64,000 bases of DNA, taken from positions 800,001-864,000 of the forward strand of contig CAVSBQ010000002.1 of the NCBI GenBank assembly GCA_963726265.1. Reading direction: 5' to 3'. This stretch comes from Candidatus Aenigmatarchaeota archaeon (GTDB lineage: Archaea; Aenigmatarchaeota; Aenigmatarchaeia; QMZP01; QMZT01). Both the position numbers and the translations under genes were made by a program. A model generated the notes under the pieces. That model worked only from the letters and a program-made list of their open reading frames with translations, did not search any database and was not told where the DNA came from. This document shows, in pieces, positions 32,009-40,870 of the stretch (positions within the stretch are counted from its first letter, which is position 1; every line of letters starts with the position of its first letter).

Positions 32009-33310
32009 ATGGTCGAGAAGATAATCATAGGCAAGGACTGGAAGGACCTGAAGAAGTTCGGGGAGAAAGGGACGGCCTACATAGGCAAGCACATCGTGGG
32101 CAAGGGCGAGGAGTCGCACATGACCAACCCAGTTCTCATGGACCTGACCAGGCCGCACATCGTCCTGATATGCGGCAAGCGCGGGACTGGTAAAAGCTAT
32201 TCGGCCGGCGTCATAGCCGAGGAGATTTACAAGCTTCCGGACGACATCCGCAGGAACCTCGCGGTCGTCTTCATAGACACCATGGGCATCTACTGGTCCA
32301 TGAAGCTTCCGAACGAGAAGGAGGCGGACATACTCAAGGAATGGGGCATGAAACCCGAGGGAATGAACATCAAGCTCTTCGTGCCCAAGGGATACGTGGC
32401 CGAATACAAGGAAACGGGGATAAGCGTGGATTACCCGTTCACTATTTCCGTCGCAGAACTGACTGCGGAGGACTGGGCCGTGACCTTCGGCTTCTCGATG
32501 ATAGACGAGCACGGCATCCTCCTGGAAAAGATAATGGAGGACGTCGTCGAGAAATGCGGCGAAAAGTTCTCCCTGCGCGACATCATAAACGAGATACAGA
32601 AGGACAAGACGACCGAGCAGAAGGTCAGGGACGCGCTCGCGAACAGGTTCATCGCCGCGGAGGGATGGGGCCTGTTCGAGAAAGAAGGGACGCGCATCGA
32701 CGAATTCCTCAAGCCGGGCATGCTTTCCATCCTCGACGTCTCGCACTACATGCGCGTTTCCGAGTCTTGGTCGATACGCGCCATGGTCGTCGGCCTGATT
32801 TCGAGGAAAATATTCACCCAGCGGCTGATGGCGAGGAAAGCGGAAGAGTATGGCCAGATAACGGGCCAGTTCAAAAAAACGATACCCATGGTCTGGATTA
32901 TGATGGACGAGGCGCACCAGTTCGCGCCCAGCGAGGGTTCGACCGCCGCGACCGGACCGCTGCTCACGCTGATAAAGGAAGGCAGGGAGCCGGGCATCTC
33001 GGTCCTCATGATAACCCAGCGGCCAAACAAGCTCCACGAAGACGCGCTCTCGCAGGCGGACATCGTCATCTCGCATCGCCTGACCTCGAAAGCCGATATC
33101 GAAGCGCTTCGTTCGATAATGCAGACCTACATGTTGGAGGACATACAGGACTACCTGAACGACCTGCCGAAAACCAAAGGATCGGCGATACTGCTGGACG
33201 ACAACTCGGAAAGAATGTACCAGATACAAGTCAGGCCGCGCTTCTCCTGGCATGCAGGCGGCTCGCCGATAATCATAAAGGAGAAGTCGCTGATAGGCGG
33301 GGAGAAATAG
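32009..33310 (+). CDS. HerA/FtsK-like (DUF87) P-loop ATPase
   Basis: GKRGTGKS, IDTMGIY, MMDEAHQF, EGREPG, ITQRP. Confidence 0.88.
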   Translation: MVEKIIIGKDWKDLKKFGEKGTAYIGKHIVGKGEESHMTNPVLMDLTRPHIVLICGKRGTGKSYSAGVIAEEIYKLPDDIRRNLAVVFIDTMGIYWSMKLPNEKEADILKEWGMKPEGMNIKLFVPKGYVAEYKETGISVDYPFTISVAELTAEDWAVTFGFSMIDEHGILLEKIMEDVVEKCGEKFSLRDIINEIQKDKTTEQKVRDALANRFIAAEGWGLFEKEGTRIDEFLKPGMLSILDVSHYMRVSESWSIRAMVVGLISRKIFTQRLMARKAEEYGQITGQFKKTIPMVWIMMDEAHQFAPSEGSTAATGPLLTLIKEGREPGISVLMITQRPNKLHEDALSQADIVISHRLTSKADIEALRSIMQTYMLEDIQDYLNDLPKTKGSAILLDDNSERMYQIQVRPRFSWHAGGSPIIIKEKSLIGGEK

Positions 33311-33345
33311 AAACAACCAGATCAAATAAAACAAGCCTGAGATTT

Positions 33346-33777
33346 CTAGTGTTTTTTTTTCTCAAGTGCCTTCGCCAGCTTGTTCATCCGGTTCTCCAGC
33401 TCGATTACCTTCCTTGCCATGTCGCGGTAGTTCCTGTTCATCTTCTTCTCGGTTTCCTTCCTGCTCTGGTGCAGCTTCTCTATGCGGAATTCAGTCTTGT
33501 CCTTGTTCATGCTCGCGATATTGAAGGTCCTCTCGAGGTTCTGCGAAAGCTGGTGCAGCTTCCTGTAGGTGTCGTCCTGGTAGCTCATGAGCCTGCGCTT
33601 GGATATTTCCTCCGCGAGCTTGCCGGAGCCGACCACCACCAGGAAAACGCCCATCACGACGAAGAAATCGACCGACACGACGCCCGCCGACTGGGCCGCC
33701 ACTATGGCCAGGCCCATCAGTGCGAAGAATATCCAGAATATCTTGTCCCAGTGCTTGAACAGGTGCAGGGAAAACAT
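33346..33777 (-). CDS. Hypothetical protein, two TM helices plus coiled coil
   Basis: ORF with typical codon usage and composition. Confidence 0.7.
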   Translation of the reverse strand: MFSLHLFKHWDKIFWIFFALMGLAIVAAQSAGVVSVDFFVVMGVFLVVVGSGKLAEEISKRRLMSYQDDTYRKLHQLSQNLERTFNIASMNKDKTEFRIEKLHQSRKETEKKMNRNYRDMARKVIELENRMNKLAKALEKKKH

Positions 33778-33902
33778 AGTTAGTAGATGGTTATAAAAAA
33801 TTTAAATCCATATTGTGCTGCCGCGTTTCCGGCGTTCGACGCGCCGCCTTAAAAAGCTTATAAATTGATTGGCGCAATATAGGATAACATTGAGGCGCGA
33901 TT

Positions 33903-34187
33903 ATGAAATTCCCGAAGATGCTAAACACCTACTGCCCGACGTGCAGGAAGCACACGGAGCACACGGTCAAGCAGGCGAAGAGGAAGGGCCGCTCCACCGC
34001 GCACCCGCTGTCGCAGTCGCAGCGAAGGTTCAAGCGCAAGATGGCGGGGTATGGCTCGTTCCCCAGACCGAAGCCGGCAGGCGAGGGCAAGCCGACGAAG
34101 AAGCTCGACCTGCGCCTTATATGCAAGCAGTGCGGCAAGATGCACACGAAAAAGGGCTTCCGCATCAAGAAGTTCGAACTGACTTAA
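33903..34187 (+). CDS. rpl44e: 50S ribosomal protein L44e (eL42)
   Basis: [33 protein letters not shown]. Confidence 0.95.
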   Translation: MKFPKMLNTYCPTCRKHTEHTVKQAKRKGRSTAHPLSQSQRRFKRKMAGYGSFPRPKPAGEGKPTKKLDLRLICKQCGKMHTKKGFRIKKFELT

Positions 34188-34226
34188 GCGGCTGTATCAA
34201 TTGAAATGATTATAAGGTGAAAACGC

Positions 34227-34556
34227 ATGGCGAAGGAAAAGAAGACGAGGAAAAGAGGCAAGCGCGTGCGCAAGGGGCGCAAGCACGAGACCATCAAGGT
34301 CTGGAAGAAATACGAAATCCAGGGCGATACGCTTTCGCGTAAGAACAGCTTCTGCCCGCGCTGCGGCGGGGGCACGTGGCTCTCGAAACAGAAGAACCGC
34401 CTCTACTGCGGCAAGTGCGGCTACACCAGCTTCAGTTCCGCTAGGTCGGCCGAAGCAAAACCAGAAACCAGGCCGGAAGCCAAGGCGGAGCTCAAAGCAG
34501 AAGCAAAGGCCGAAGCGAAGCATGAGGCGAGGCACGCGGCAAAGCACGGAAAATAG
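34227..34556 (+). CDS. rps27ae: 30S ribosomal protein S27ae (eS31) with AEAK-repeat tail
   Basis: RKNSFCPRCG...RLYCGKCGYT. Confidence 0.93.
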   Translation: MAKEKKTRKRGKRVRKGRKHETIKVWKKYEIQGDTLSRKNSFCPRCGGGTWLSKQKNRLYCGKCGYTSFSSARSAEAKPETRPEAKAELKAEAKAEAKHEARHAAKHGK

Positions 34557-34678
34557 AAAGCGAAGACGTTTCTCCCTTTTCCGAAAACTTTTTATTGCAT
34601 TTTGTCCACATTTAATCAAGTTACACTGGGCATGATTCTGAACAGTTCAGATAAGTTGGGTTAAGCGGAGGTGTTGGT

Positions 34679-35807
34679 ATGAAAATCACGGTTTCTGCGA
34701 TAAAGGCGGACATAGGCAGCATAGGAGGCCACATAAAGCCGAGCGCCAGGGTCATCGATACGGTGCGCGAGTTCATAGCCGAATACGGCAAAGGCATTGT
34801 CACGGATTTCTACGTCAGCCACACGGGCGACGACATAGCGATACTCATGACCCACAAGCTTGGCAGGGAAAACGCCAAAATCCACAAGCTTGCGTGGGAC
34901 GCCTTCAAGGCAGGCACGCAGGTCGCGAAAGACCAGGGGTTATACGGCGCGGGCCAGGACCTGCTCAAGGACTCGTTTTCAGGCAACGTGAAAGGCATGG
35001 GCCCTGCGGTGGCGGAGCTCGAATTCGAAGAGCGCCCGAACGAGCCGTTCCTGTTCTTCGCAGCGGACAAGACCGAGCCGGGCGCGTATAACCTGCCGCT
35101 TTACCTCGCTTTCACGGACCCCATGCACTGCGCTGGCCTTCTGCTGAGCAGCGGGATGGGCAAAGGGTTTCCGCTTCACCATAATGGACGTGGAGCATAC
35201 CAAGGGCGACCGCGTGATCGAGCTGAACTCGCCCGAGGAGATATATCACATCGCCGCGCTTCTGCGCGACAACAACCGCTTCGTCGTCGAGTCCATCCAT
35301 TCGAGAGCGACTAAAGACCAGGCCGCTGCGGTCAGCACGACCCGCCTGCACAACATCGCGGGCAAATACACGGGCAAGGACGACCCGATAATGCTGGTGC
35401 GCGTGCAGAAGGACTTCCCCGCGACGGGCGAAATCCTCTCGCCGTTCACGATTGGCCATTACGTGGCTGGGTTCATGAGGGGTTCGCATAACGGGCCGCT
35501 CATGCCCGTCAAACTGAATTCGACGATTTCGTTCTTCGACGGCCCGCCCATAGTGAGCTGTGCAGCCTTCTGCATCCATGACGGCAAGCTTACCGAGGCC
35601 GCGGACGCGTTCGACCATCCCTACTGGGATTACGTGAGGAGAAGGGTTTCAAAGAAGGCCGAAGAAATCCGCAGGCAGGGCTTCTCAGGTCCCGCGATGC
35701 TGCCCTACAGCGAACTGGAATACGGCGGCATAGTGGAGATAATGAAGGCGCTGGACAAGAAGTTCGCAGTAAGGCCGGAGAAGAAGGAGAAAGCGGGCAG
35801 GAAATAA
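34679..35807 (+). CDS. fbp: Bifunctional fructose-1,6-bisphosphate aldolase/phosphatase (class V); one-base frameshift near 35168, probably an assembly error
   Basis: IKADIGSIGGH, GLYGAGQDLLKD, DKTEPGAYN; then YTGKDDP, GFMRGSH, ELEY; removing one T restores GFRFTIMDV. Confidence 0.93.
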
Positions 35808-35884
35808 ACTGCAATAAAGCTGCAATTAAAATATAGTAATCGTCAAGTAGTAAATTTATAAAACTTTGCTACATATAATTTAAC

Positions 35885-36388
35885 ATGTTTTTTGGATTGG
35901 CTGGCAGGTTTCCGAAAGTGAAAAAACTATACAGCAATTCCAATGATTCTAACTTCATTTACAACTCCGGCACTGGCGAATTTACATACAGAGTTTCAAG
36001 AGACTGCGGCGGATTCTCTCTCCCCGTGGGACTAGCGCTTAGAAACCATAGTGTTGGAGACGGAAAATATTTTGAAATAAACATAGAGTCACTTTTTGGT
36101 AAAATATATTCCGGGAGCGGATGGATTGATAATGGTGGAAATTTTTGCACTGGAGAAAGAGGTTACATGAAAACTCGTGTGGGAGAGAACAAAGGTTACA
36201 TTCCAATCCGGAGTCGCAGAAAAGACAAGGCAAGAATTGAAAATGCCATGCACCTTATTTTAAAAAGCGATGACTTCAGAAAGGAACTTTGTAAACTGAT
36301 TTCATCTGGCGGCATCAAAGTAGAGCAATTCGATCCGCAGGTGTGGGATTATTTCAGGACGCTTGTCGGAAAACCACGTGGAAAGTGA
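35885..36388 (+). CDS. Orphan hypothetical protein (AT-rich)
   Basis: 167 aa ORF, TTTATAAAA about 25 nt upstream. Confidence 0.6.
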   Translation: MFFGLAGRFPKVKKLYSNSNDSNFIYNSGTGEFTYRVSRDCGGFSLPVGLALRNHSVGDGKYFEINIESLFGKIYSGSGWIDNGGNFCTGERGYMKTRVGENKGYIPIRSRRKDKARIENAMHLILKSDDFRKELCKLISSGGIKVEQFDPQVWDYFRTLVGKPRGK

Positions 36389-36411
36389 ATAATAGCTAGA
36401 AATGTGAGATT

Positions 36412-36927
36412 ATGAACTTTGGAATCAACAGATTGCCGAAACCGGACAATGCCAAATATCCGGGTAATCTCAATGGCAAGGTATTCACCTTACAGGAAGG
36501 AAGGATATGCTACGATCTTACCATGGGCAGAATACCTGTCCACATGACTTTTCCATGGCGCTACGAAGTCATCGGCAGCCCGACTGTTATATTCGACAGC
36601 TTGGAAATTAATTTTCAGGTCGGAAACAGAATTTATTATGCTAACGGTACGATTGAAATAGACGACGGCATGCCACGTTTCGCACTTGGCGACCTGAAAG
36701 TGAAAAAGATAACCGTAGAAGGAGAAAAACCCCTTTGGAAGGAATACATGATACCCCGACGCAGAGATAAAGTCCGTGATGCTATCATGTCAAATACCAG
36801 TTACATTTTATCTGATTTGCGAAGAAGCACGGAGTTAAAAAAGAGGATATCCGAAACCACGACATCGGAAGGAAGAATGGTAGACAGCTTCAGCGATGCC
36901 ATGAAGCTGCTTTTTTACGCTGACTGA
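36412..36927 (+). CDS. Orphan hypothetical protein, probable paralog of 35885..36388
   Basis: 171 aa ORF with colinear shared motifs. Confidence 0.6.
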   Translation: MNFGINRLPKPDNAKYPGNLNGKVFTLQEGRICYDLTMGRIPVHMTFPWRYEVIGSPTVIFDSLEINFQVGNRIYYANGTIEIDDGMPRFALGDLKVKKITVEGEKPLWKEYMIPRRRDKVRDAIMSNTSYILSDLRRSTELKKRISETTTSEGRMVDSFSDAMKLLFYAD

Positions 36928-36948
36928 TTTGTTTTTGTGCACAAAAGC

Positions 36949-37446
36949 TTACCTAAGCATCCCCGCTTCATTCTTCAGCTTGCTGAAAATCTGATCGAGC
37001 GTCTGCGGCACGACCTTCGTGTCCGCCACGGACTCCATGAAGCCGCTGTCGCCGCGGAAGCGGGGGACGATATGGATGTGGAGATGCGAGATGGATGCGC
37101 CCGCGACGTCGCCGCCGATGTTGACGCCTATGTTGAAGCCGTCCGGATTCAGGACCGTCCTGAGAAGCCTGACGCATTTCTTTACCATGACGAAGAGCGA
37201 CGCTACTTCGCTGTCCGTAAGCTCTTCAAAAGTTTCCACATGCCTCAGCGGGAGCACCTGCAGATGGCCCGTGTTGTAGGGGAAGATGTTCATCATCACC
37301 AGCAGCTCCTTGTCCCTGTGCAGGATTTTATTCTCGTCCATGTCGCCCTTCGCGAGCCTGCAAAAAATGCATTTGCCATCCCCTTTTCGCTGCTTGTTGT
37401 TTATCCAGGCCATCCTCGATTCGGAGAAAAGGTATTTTTCGTACAT
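36949..37446 (-). CDS. HIT domain protein
   Basis: CIFC, NIFPYNTGH, HLHIHIVPR. Confidence 0.92.
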   Translation of the reverse strand: MYEKYLFSESRMAWINNKQRKGDGKCIFCRLAKGDMDENKILHRDKELLVMMNIFPYNTGHLQVLPLRHVETFEELTDSEVASLFVMVKKCVRLLRTVLNPDGFNIGVNIGGDVAGASISHLHIHIVPRFRGDSGFMESVADTKVVPQTLDQIFSKLKNEAGMLR

Positions 37447-37450
37447 GTTA

Positions 37451-38137
37451 TCATCCAGCATCATGCGCCTGCCTGAAGCCATCCAGCAGGTCGTTTATAG
37501 CGCGTCCAGGTTCCTTCGCCTTCACCACGCCCGACGCGACGAGAATGCCTTTCGCGCCGAGAGCGAGCGCTTTGCGCACGTCCTCGCCATCCTTGACGCC
37601 CGCGCCGCAGAGGACTGGAATACTGGCGATCGCATGAACCTTTTTGACGGCTTCGGTTATCACCTCAGGCCTAGCCTTCGAGACCGAGACGTCGCCTCCG
37701 ATGAGTTCGGGCGGCTCTATCGCTATGTAATCGGGCTTGAGTGAGGCGAGTTCCTTCGCCTTCTCAGGCGACTCGGCGCACATGACGACGCGCAATCCCA
37801 GTTCGTGACATCGCGCCAGCGAACGCTTCGCAGTTTCGAAATCTATGCGCTTCTCGGAATGGTTGAGCAGCGTGCCCTTCGCTCCCGCGGCTTTCGCCGC
37901 CTCGGGAAGCAGCCAGCCCGTGTTTGAGCCGTATTTGACAGGGTCGACGTGCTGCGCGAAGACGGGGATGCGCACGTTTTCCGAGACTAGGCGCAGGTCC
38001 GCCGCCTGGACCGCGAGGATTATTTCAGCTTCGCTGCGGCTCTCCGCGAGCGAGTCACATATTCGAGCAAGAGCCAGCGCATTCCTGGCCGTCGCTTCTT
38101 CATAAGTCTTCAGGTTTATCAGAAGGACAGGTTTCAT
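37451..38137 (-). CDS. tpiA: Triosephosphate isomerase (archaeal type)
   Basis: INLKTY, AQHVD, LLNHSE, IEPPELIG, LCGAGV, LVASGV. Confidence 0.96.
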   Translation of the reverse strand: MKPVLLINLKTYEEATARNALALARICDSLAESRSEAEIILAVQAADLRLVSENVRIPVFAQHVDPVKYGSNTGWLLPEAAKAAGAKGTLLNHSEKRIDFETAKRSLARCHELGLRVVMCAESPEKAKELASLKPDYIAIEPPELIGGDVSVSKARPEVITEAVKKVHAIASIPVLCGAGVKDGEDVRKALALGAKGILVASGVVKAKEPGRAINDLLDGFRQAHDAG

Positions 38138-38243
38138 AATCTTAATTGTAGGCGGTGTTTTTATAATTTCCCCGGAAATGTCGAAAACGCAGCTTTTACT
38201 GGCTCCGTAAAATAATTTAAATCTGCGCGCTATAAAAACAACT

Positions 38244-39590
38244 ATGAAAAAGCTGTTAGTGCTGGCTTTAATTCTGGCTTTTGCGTTTTTGCTGAAACCC
38301 GCTGCGGCCGTCCAGGTGGGCGTGTCGCCTTCCCAGGTAGAAACCGAGGTCAACCAGCAGGGCTGGTATACAATACAGGTATATAATGACGGCTACCAGT
38401 CGGGCGAGTTCGTCATCACCGTCCTGGGGCCGCACCTCGAGTGGCTGAACCTCGAAAGATATTATGTCAGCATGAACCCGTCGGAGAGCCGTGAAGTCAA
38501 GATGTATTTTTATCCCAGCCTGGAAGGGACGTATGATTACGAGGTCATGGCCTACTCGAAGAACAACGAGGCGGACATAAATTCCGCGAAGCTGACGCTC
38601 AAGGTCCTGCCTGAAAAGGAGATGAGACTTCTCAGCTTCACTGCCGAGAGGACGGGCAATGATGTTGCCATAAACCTGAAGCTCACGTCGAAGGAGGAGA
38701 GGAGCGTGAAAATACCCTTCGACATAATCGACAACACGGGCAGGACGGTGAAGCTCGTCGAGACGGCGAGGGAGCTTCCGTCAGGCCCGAGCGAAATAAA
38801 GGAAACCGTGTCCGTCTCGGATTTCATCGCGGGCGATTATTACGTCAGGACGGAGATACCCGAATTCGGGGTGAGCGGTCAGGCAGTTTTCAGCATACCG
38901 GCCATAAACAAGGTCGTGACCAAGAAGGAGATAGTTTCGACGCCTTTCGGCCAGCAGGTCGTGATAAGCGTCGTCAATGAAGGCAACACGCCGGTTGACT
39001 ATGACGTCCAGGACAGCCTGCCTTCGAACCAGTATATTGATTTTGTTAACCAGCCCGCGAACACGTATGTCGAGGGCGGCGAGGTGAATTACAACTGGAG
39101 GCTGGAGGGCCTGGCGCCGGGCAAGGGCGCGACAGTGACCTACAACATCAGCCGCCTGCCGCTGCTCGTCAGCTCTTTCATAGTTATTCTGTGCGTCGTT
39201 GTCCTTCTCGGCATGGGCGCGGTCAAGGTGAGGACGCCCAACATAAGGAAGAAGCATATCAAGAAGAGGGGGGAGCACATCATCATCCTCCAGATAAGAG
39301 GCCCGATAACCAGCGGGCTCAAGGGCGTGATAGTGAAGGACATGGTCACGCCGCTGGGCAGAGTGCTGCCCGAATTCAGCGGCCCGAAGCCCGTCGTAAG
39401 GCAGAGCGAATCAGGGACGGAGCTCCTGTGGAACCTCGGCGACATGAAGCCGAGGAGCGAGATATATCTTTCTTACCGCATCCAGCCGCTGGTCGAGGCG
39501 CAGCTCAAGATGCCGAGGGCGTACCTGAGCTACAGGACTGACGAGGACACGAAGATGCGCGTCTTCTCGCGCCAGGTCATCTTGGAGTAA
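38244..39590 (+). CDS. Secreted/membrane protein with Ig-like domains on both sides of an internal TM helix
   Basis: Signal peptide, beta-rich extracellular region, TM near residue 310, C-terminal beta domain. Confidence 0.7.
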   Translation: MKKLLVLALILAFAFLLKPAAAVQVGVSPSQVETEVNQQGWYTIQVYNDGYQSGEFVITVLGPHLEWLNLERYYVSMNPSESREVKMYFYPSLEGTYDYEVMAYSKNNEADINSAKLTLKVLPEKEMRLLSFTAERTGNDVAINLKLTSKEERSVKIPFDIIDNTGRTVKLVETARELPSGPSEIKETVSVSDFIAGDYYVRTEIPEFGVSGQAVFSIPAINKVVTKKEIVSTPFGQQVVISVVNEGNTPVDYDVQDSLPSNQYIDFVNQPANTYVEGGEVNYNWRLEGLAPGKGATVTYNISRLPLLVSSFIVILCVVVLLGMGAVKVRTPNIRKKHIKKRGEHIIILQIRGPITSGLKGVIVKDMVTPLGRVLPEFSGPKPVVRQSESGTELLWNLGDMKPRSEIYLSYRIQPLVEAQLKMPRAYLSYRTDEDTKMRVFSRQVILE

Positions 39591-39643
39591 GCCCAACCCA
39601 TTTGCTAACTTTTAAATTCTGCCGCGGTTTATAATAGTATTAT

Positions 39644-39780
39644 CCCTCGGTAGCTCAACCTGGAAGAGCGATCGGCTGTAGACTTTCGCGCTGTGACTTA
39701 AAGTCGGTTTTACGAGTGTGTTGGTCGTTCGCAGTCGCTCAGAAACCGATAGGTTGTGAGTTCAAATCTCACCCGGGGGA
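39644..39780 (+). tRNA. tRNA-Tyr(GUA) with 63-nt intron at 37/38 (39682-39744)
   Basis: CCCTCGG/CCGGGGG acceptor stem (C1-G72), ATCGG/CCGAT anticodon stem, CT-GTA-G, GTGAG-TTCAAAT-CTCAC; relaxed BHB. Confidence 0.92.
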
Positions 39781-39857
39781 TCCATTTCTTTTTACCGATC
39801 AGGGTTACGCTTAAAAAGGCTTGCCCGCATAATATACTTCAATTTCATGTGATTTTG

Positions 39858-39944
39858 ATGAGCATAAACCTTGCGAGACTGGAGCGAAGGGTTTACCTTT
39901 CGGGCATAGTCTTGGCTATCATGCTTATATTGCTCAGGTTCTAG
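39858..39944 (+). CDS. Putative 28-aa hydrophobic micropeptide
   Basis: MSINLARLERRVYLSGIVLAIMLILLRF; stop codon inside a hairpin. Confidence 0.45.
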   Translation: MSINLARLERRVYLSGIVLAIMLILLRF

Positions 39945-39996
39945 GCCGGCTAAAACTTCTCGGCCTGGAAAACAAAAGGCACACAGGGGACTACAA

Positions 39997-40098
39997 ATGG
40001 CTCAGGAAACGCCGCACGAAAGCATGAAGGGATGGATGAAAGCCGTTTCTTTAGCCGAAATTATAGTCATCCTGAGCCTCGTCATATTGCTCATCTAG
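39997..40098 (+). CDS. Putative 33-aa hydrophobic micropeptide
   Basis: MAQETPHESMKGWMKAVSLAEIIVILSLVILLI; AGGGG upstream; stop codon inside a hairpin. Confidence 0.45.
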   Translation: MAQETPHESMKGWMKAVSLAEIIVILSLVILLI

Positions 40099-40190
40099 AG
40101 CCGGGAGCGCACCCGGGTCTAGATGGCAACTGTTTCTAAAGAGTCTGGATTCGGGGAAGCTCCTTAGACAAAGCTGGATAGAAGGAGGTA

Positions 40191-40403
40191 ATGAAAATGG
40201 CAGAAAGTAACGAATTCAAAAGCATAGGCCTTAGCGGTCAGGCAGTTCCCGGGCAGGCAGGTGCATCCTGTGTGACTTACCTTAAAGGAAGAAGGTATGT
40301 GTCAGGTTGCGCTGAACCGCAAACGAACGGGAAAATGAGCCTTGACTACTGGTCACAGGTTGTGGATATGATGTTAGCCGGCGGTTCAGGCAACGGGCCA
40401 TAG
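40191..40403 (+). CDS. Small hypothetical protein
   Basis: Strong GGAGGT RBS, 70 aa. Confidence 0.45.
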   Translation: MKMAESNEFKSIGLSGQAVPGQAGASCVTYLKGRRYVSGCAEPQTNGKMSLDYWSQVVDMMLAGGSGNGP

Positions 40404-40441
40404 GCCAACATTTATAAATAGCAGCCAACAATAGATTTATC

Positions 40442-40550
40442 GAGCGGCCAAAGTGGAAAGGTTCACCCGTTCCCATTTCGAACACGGAAGTTAAACTTTC
40501 CGGCGGTCTGGATAGTACTCCTGAAAAGGGGGAACTCCAGATAGCTGCTC
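40442..40550 (+). rRNA. rrf: 5S rRNA, unlinked from 16S/23S
   Basis: GAGCGGC/GCTGCTC helix I, CACCCGTTCCCATTTCGAACACGGAAGTTAA signature, TAGTAC; TTTATAAA upstream and T-tract downstream. Confidence 0.93.
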
Positions 40551-40710
40551 ACCTCTTTTTGCAGTTTTTCCAGCCTTTTCGCGAATTTAAATATTAGATA
40601 AGATTACAAATAATATCGACCAGCAAAGTATGCAGTTTGACATATGCGAAGCATATGTCTTTCGGCGACATCGAATGACGCATACAGAGTATGCATCCAA
40701 CGAAACATCT

Positions 40711-40821
40711 GCCCTGGTAGTGTAGCGGCCTATCATCTCGGACTGTCACTTCGAGGACCCGGGTTCAAAAGCGCAAGACGCAGATTTCATCTGCGTCCGC
40801 CTGAAACTCCCGGCCAGGGCG
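40711..40821 (+). tRNA. tRNA-Asp(GUC) with 38-nt non-canonical intron at 59/60 (40770-40807)
   Basis: GCCCTGG/CCAGGGC acceptor, CT-GTC-AC loop; BHB with TTCA/TGAA helix and AAA/ACT bulges restores TTCAAAT. Confidence 0.92.
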
Positions 40822-40870
40822 TAAGCGACCGACAGCTTGGATTTATGTTTCAAGCTGTCCTTCACAACGT

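Noticed and set aside
29815..33783. Long alternative ORFs 29815..31278(-), 31916..33334(-) and 32341..33783(+)
   Set aside because: They overlap well-supported genes and show no recognisable motifs
34445..34550. AEAK repeat tail on S27ae and similar Lys/Glu tails on Rpo1C and the KaiC-like protein
   Set aside because: Low-complexity charged extensions are common and give no sign of a distinct system
35162..35175. fbp split into two ORFs
   Set aside because: One extra T in a short run; catalytic motifs intact on both sides; likely a sequencing error
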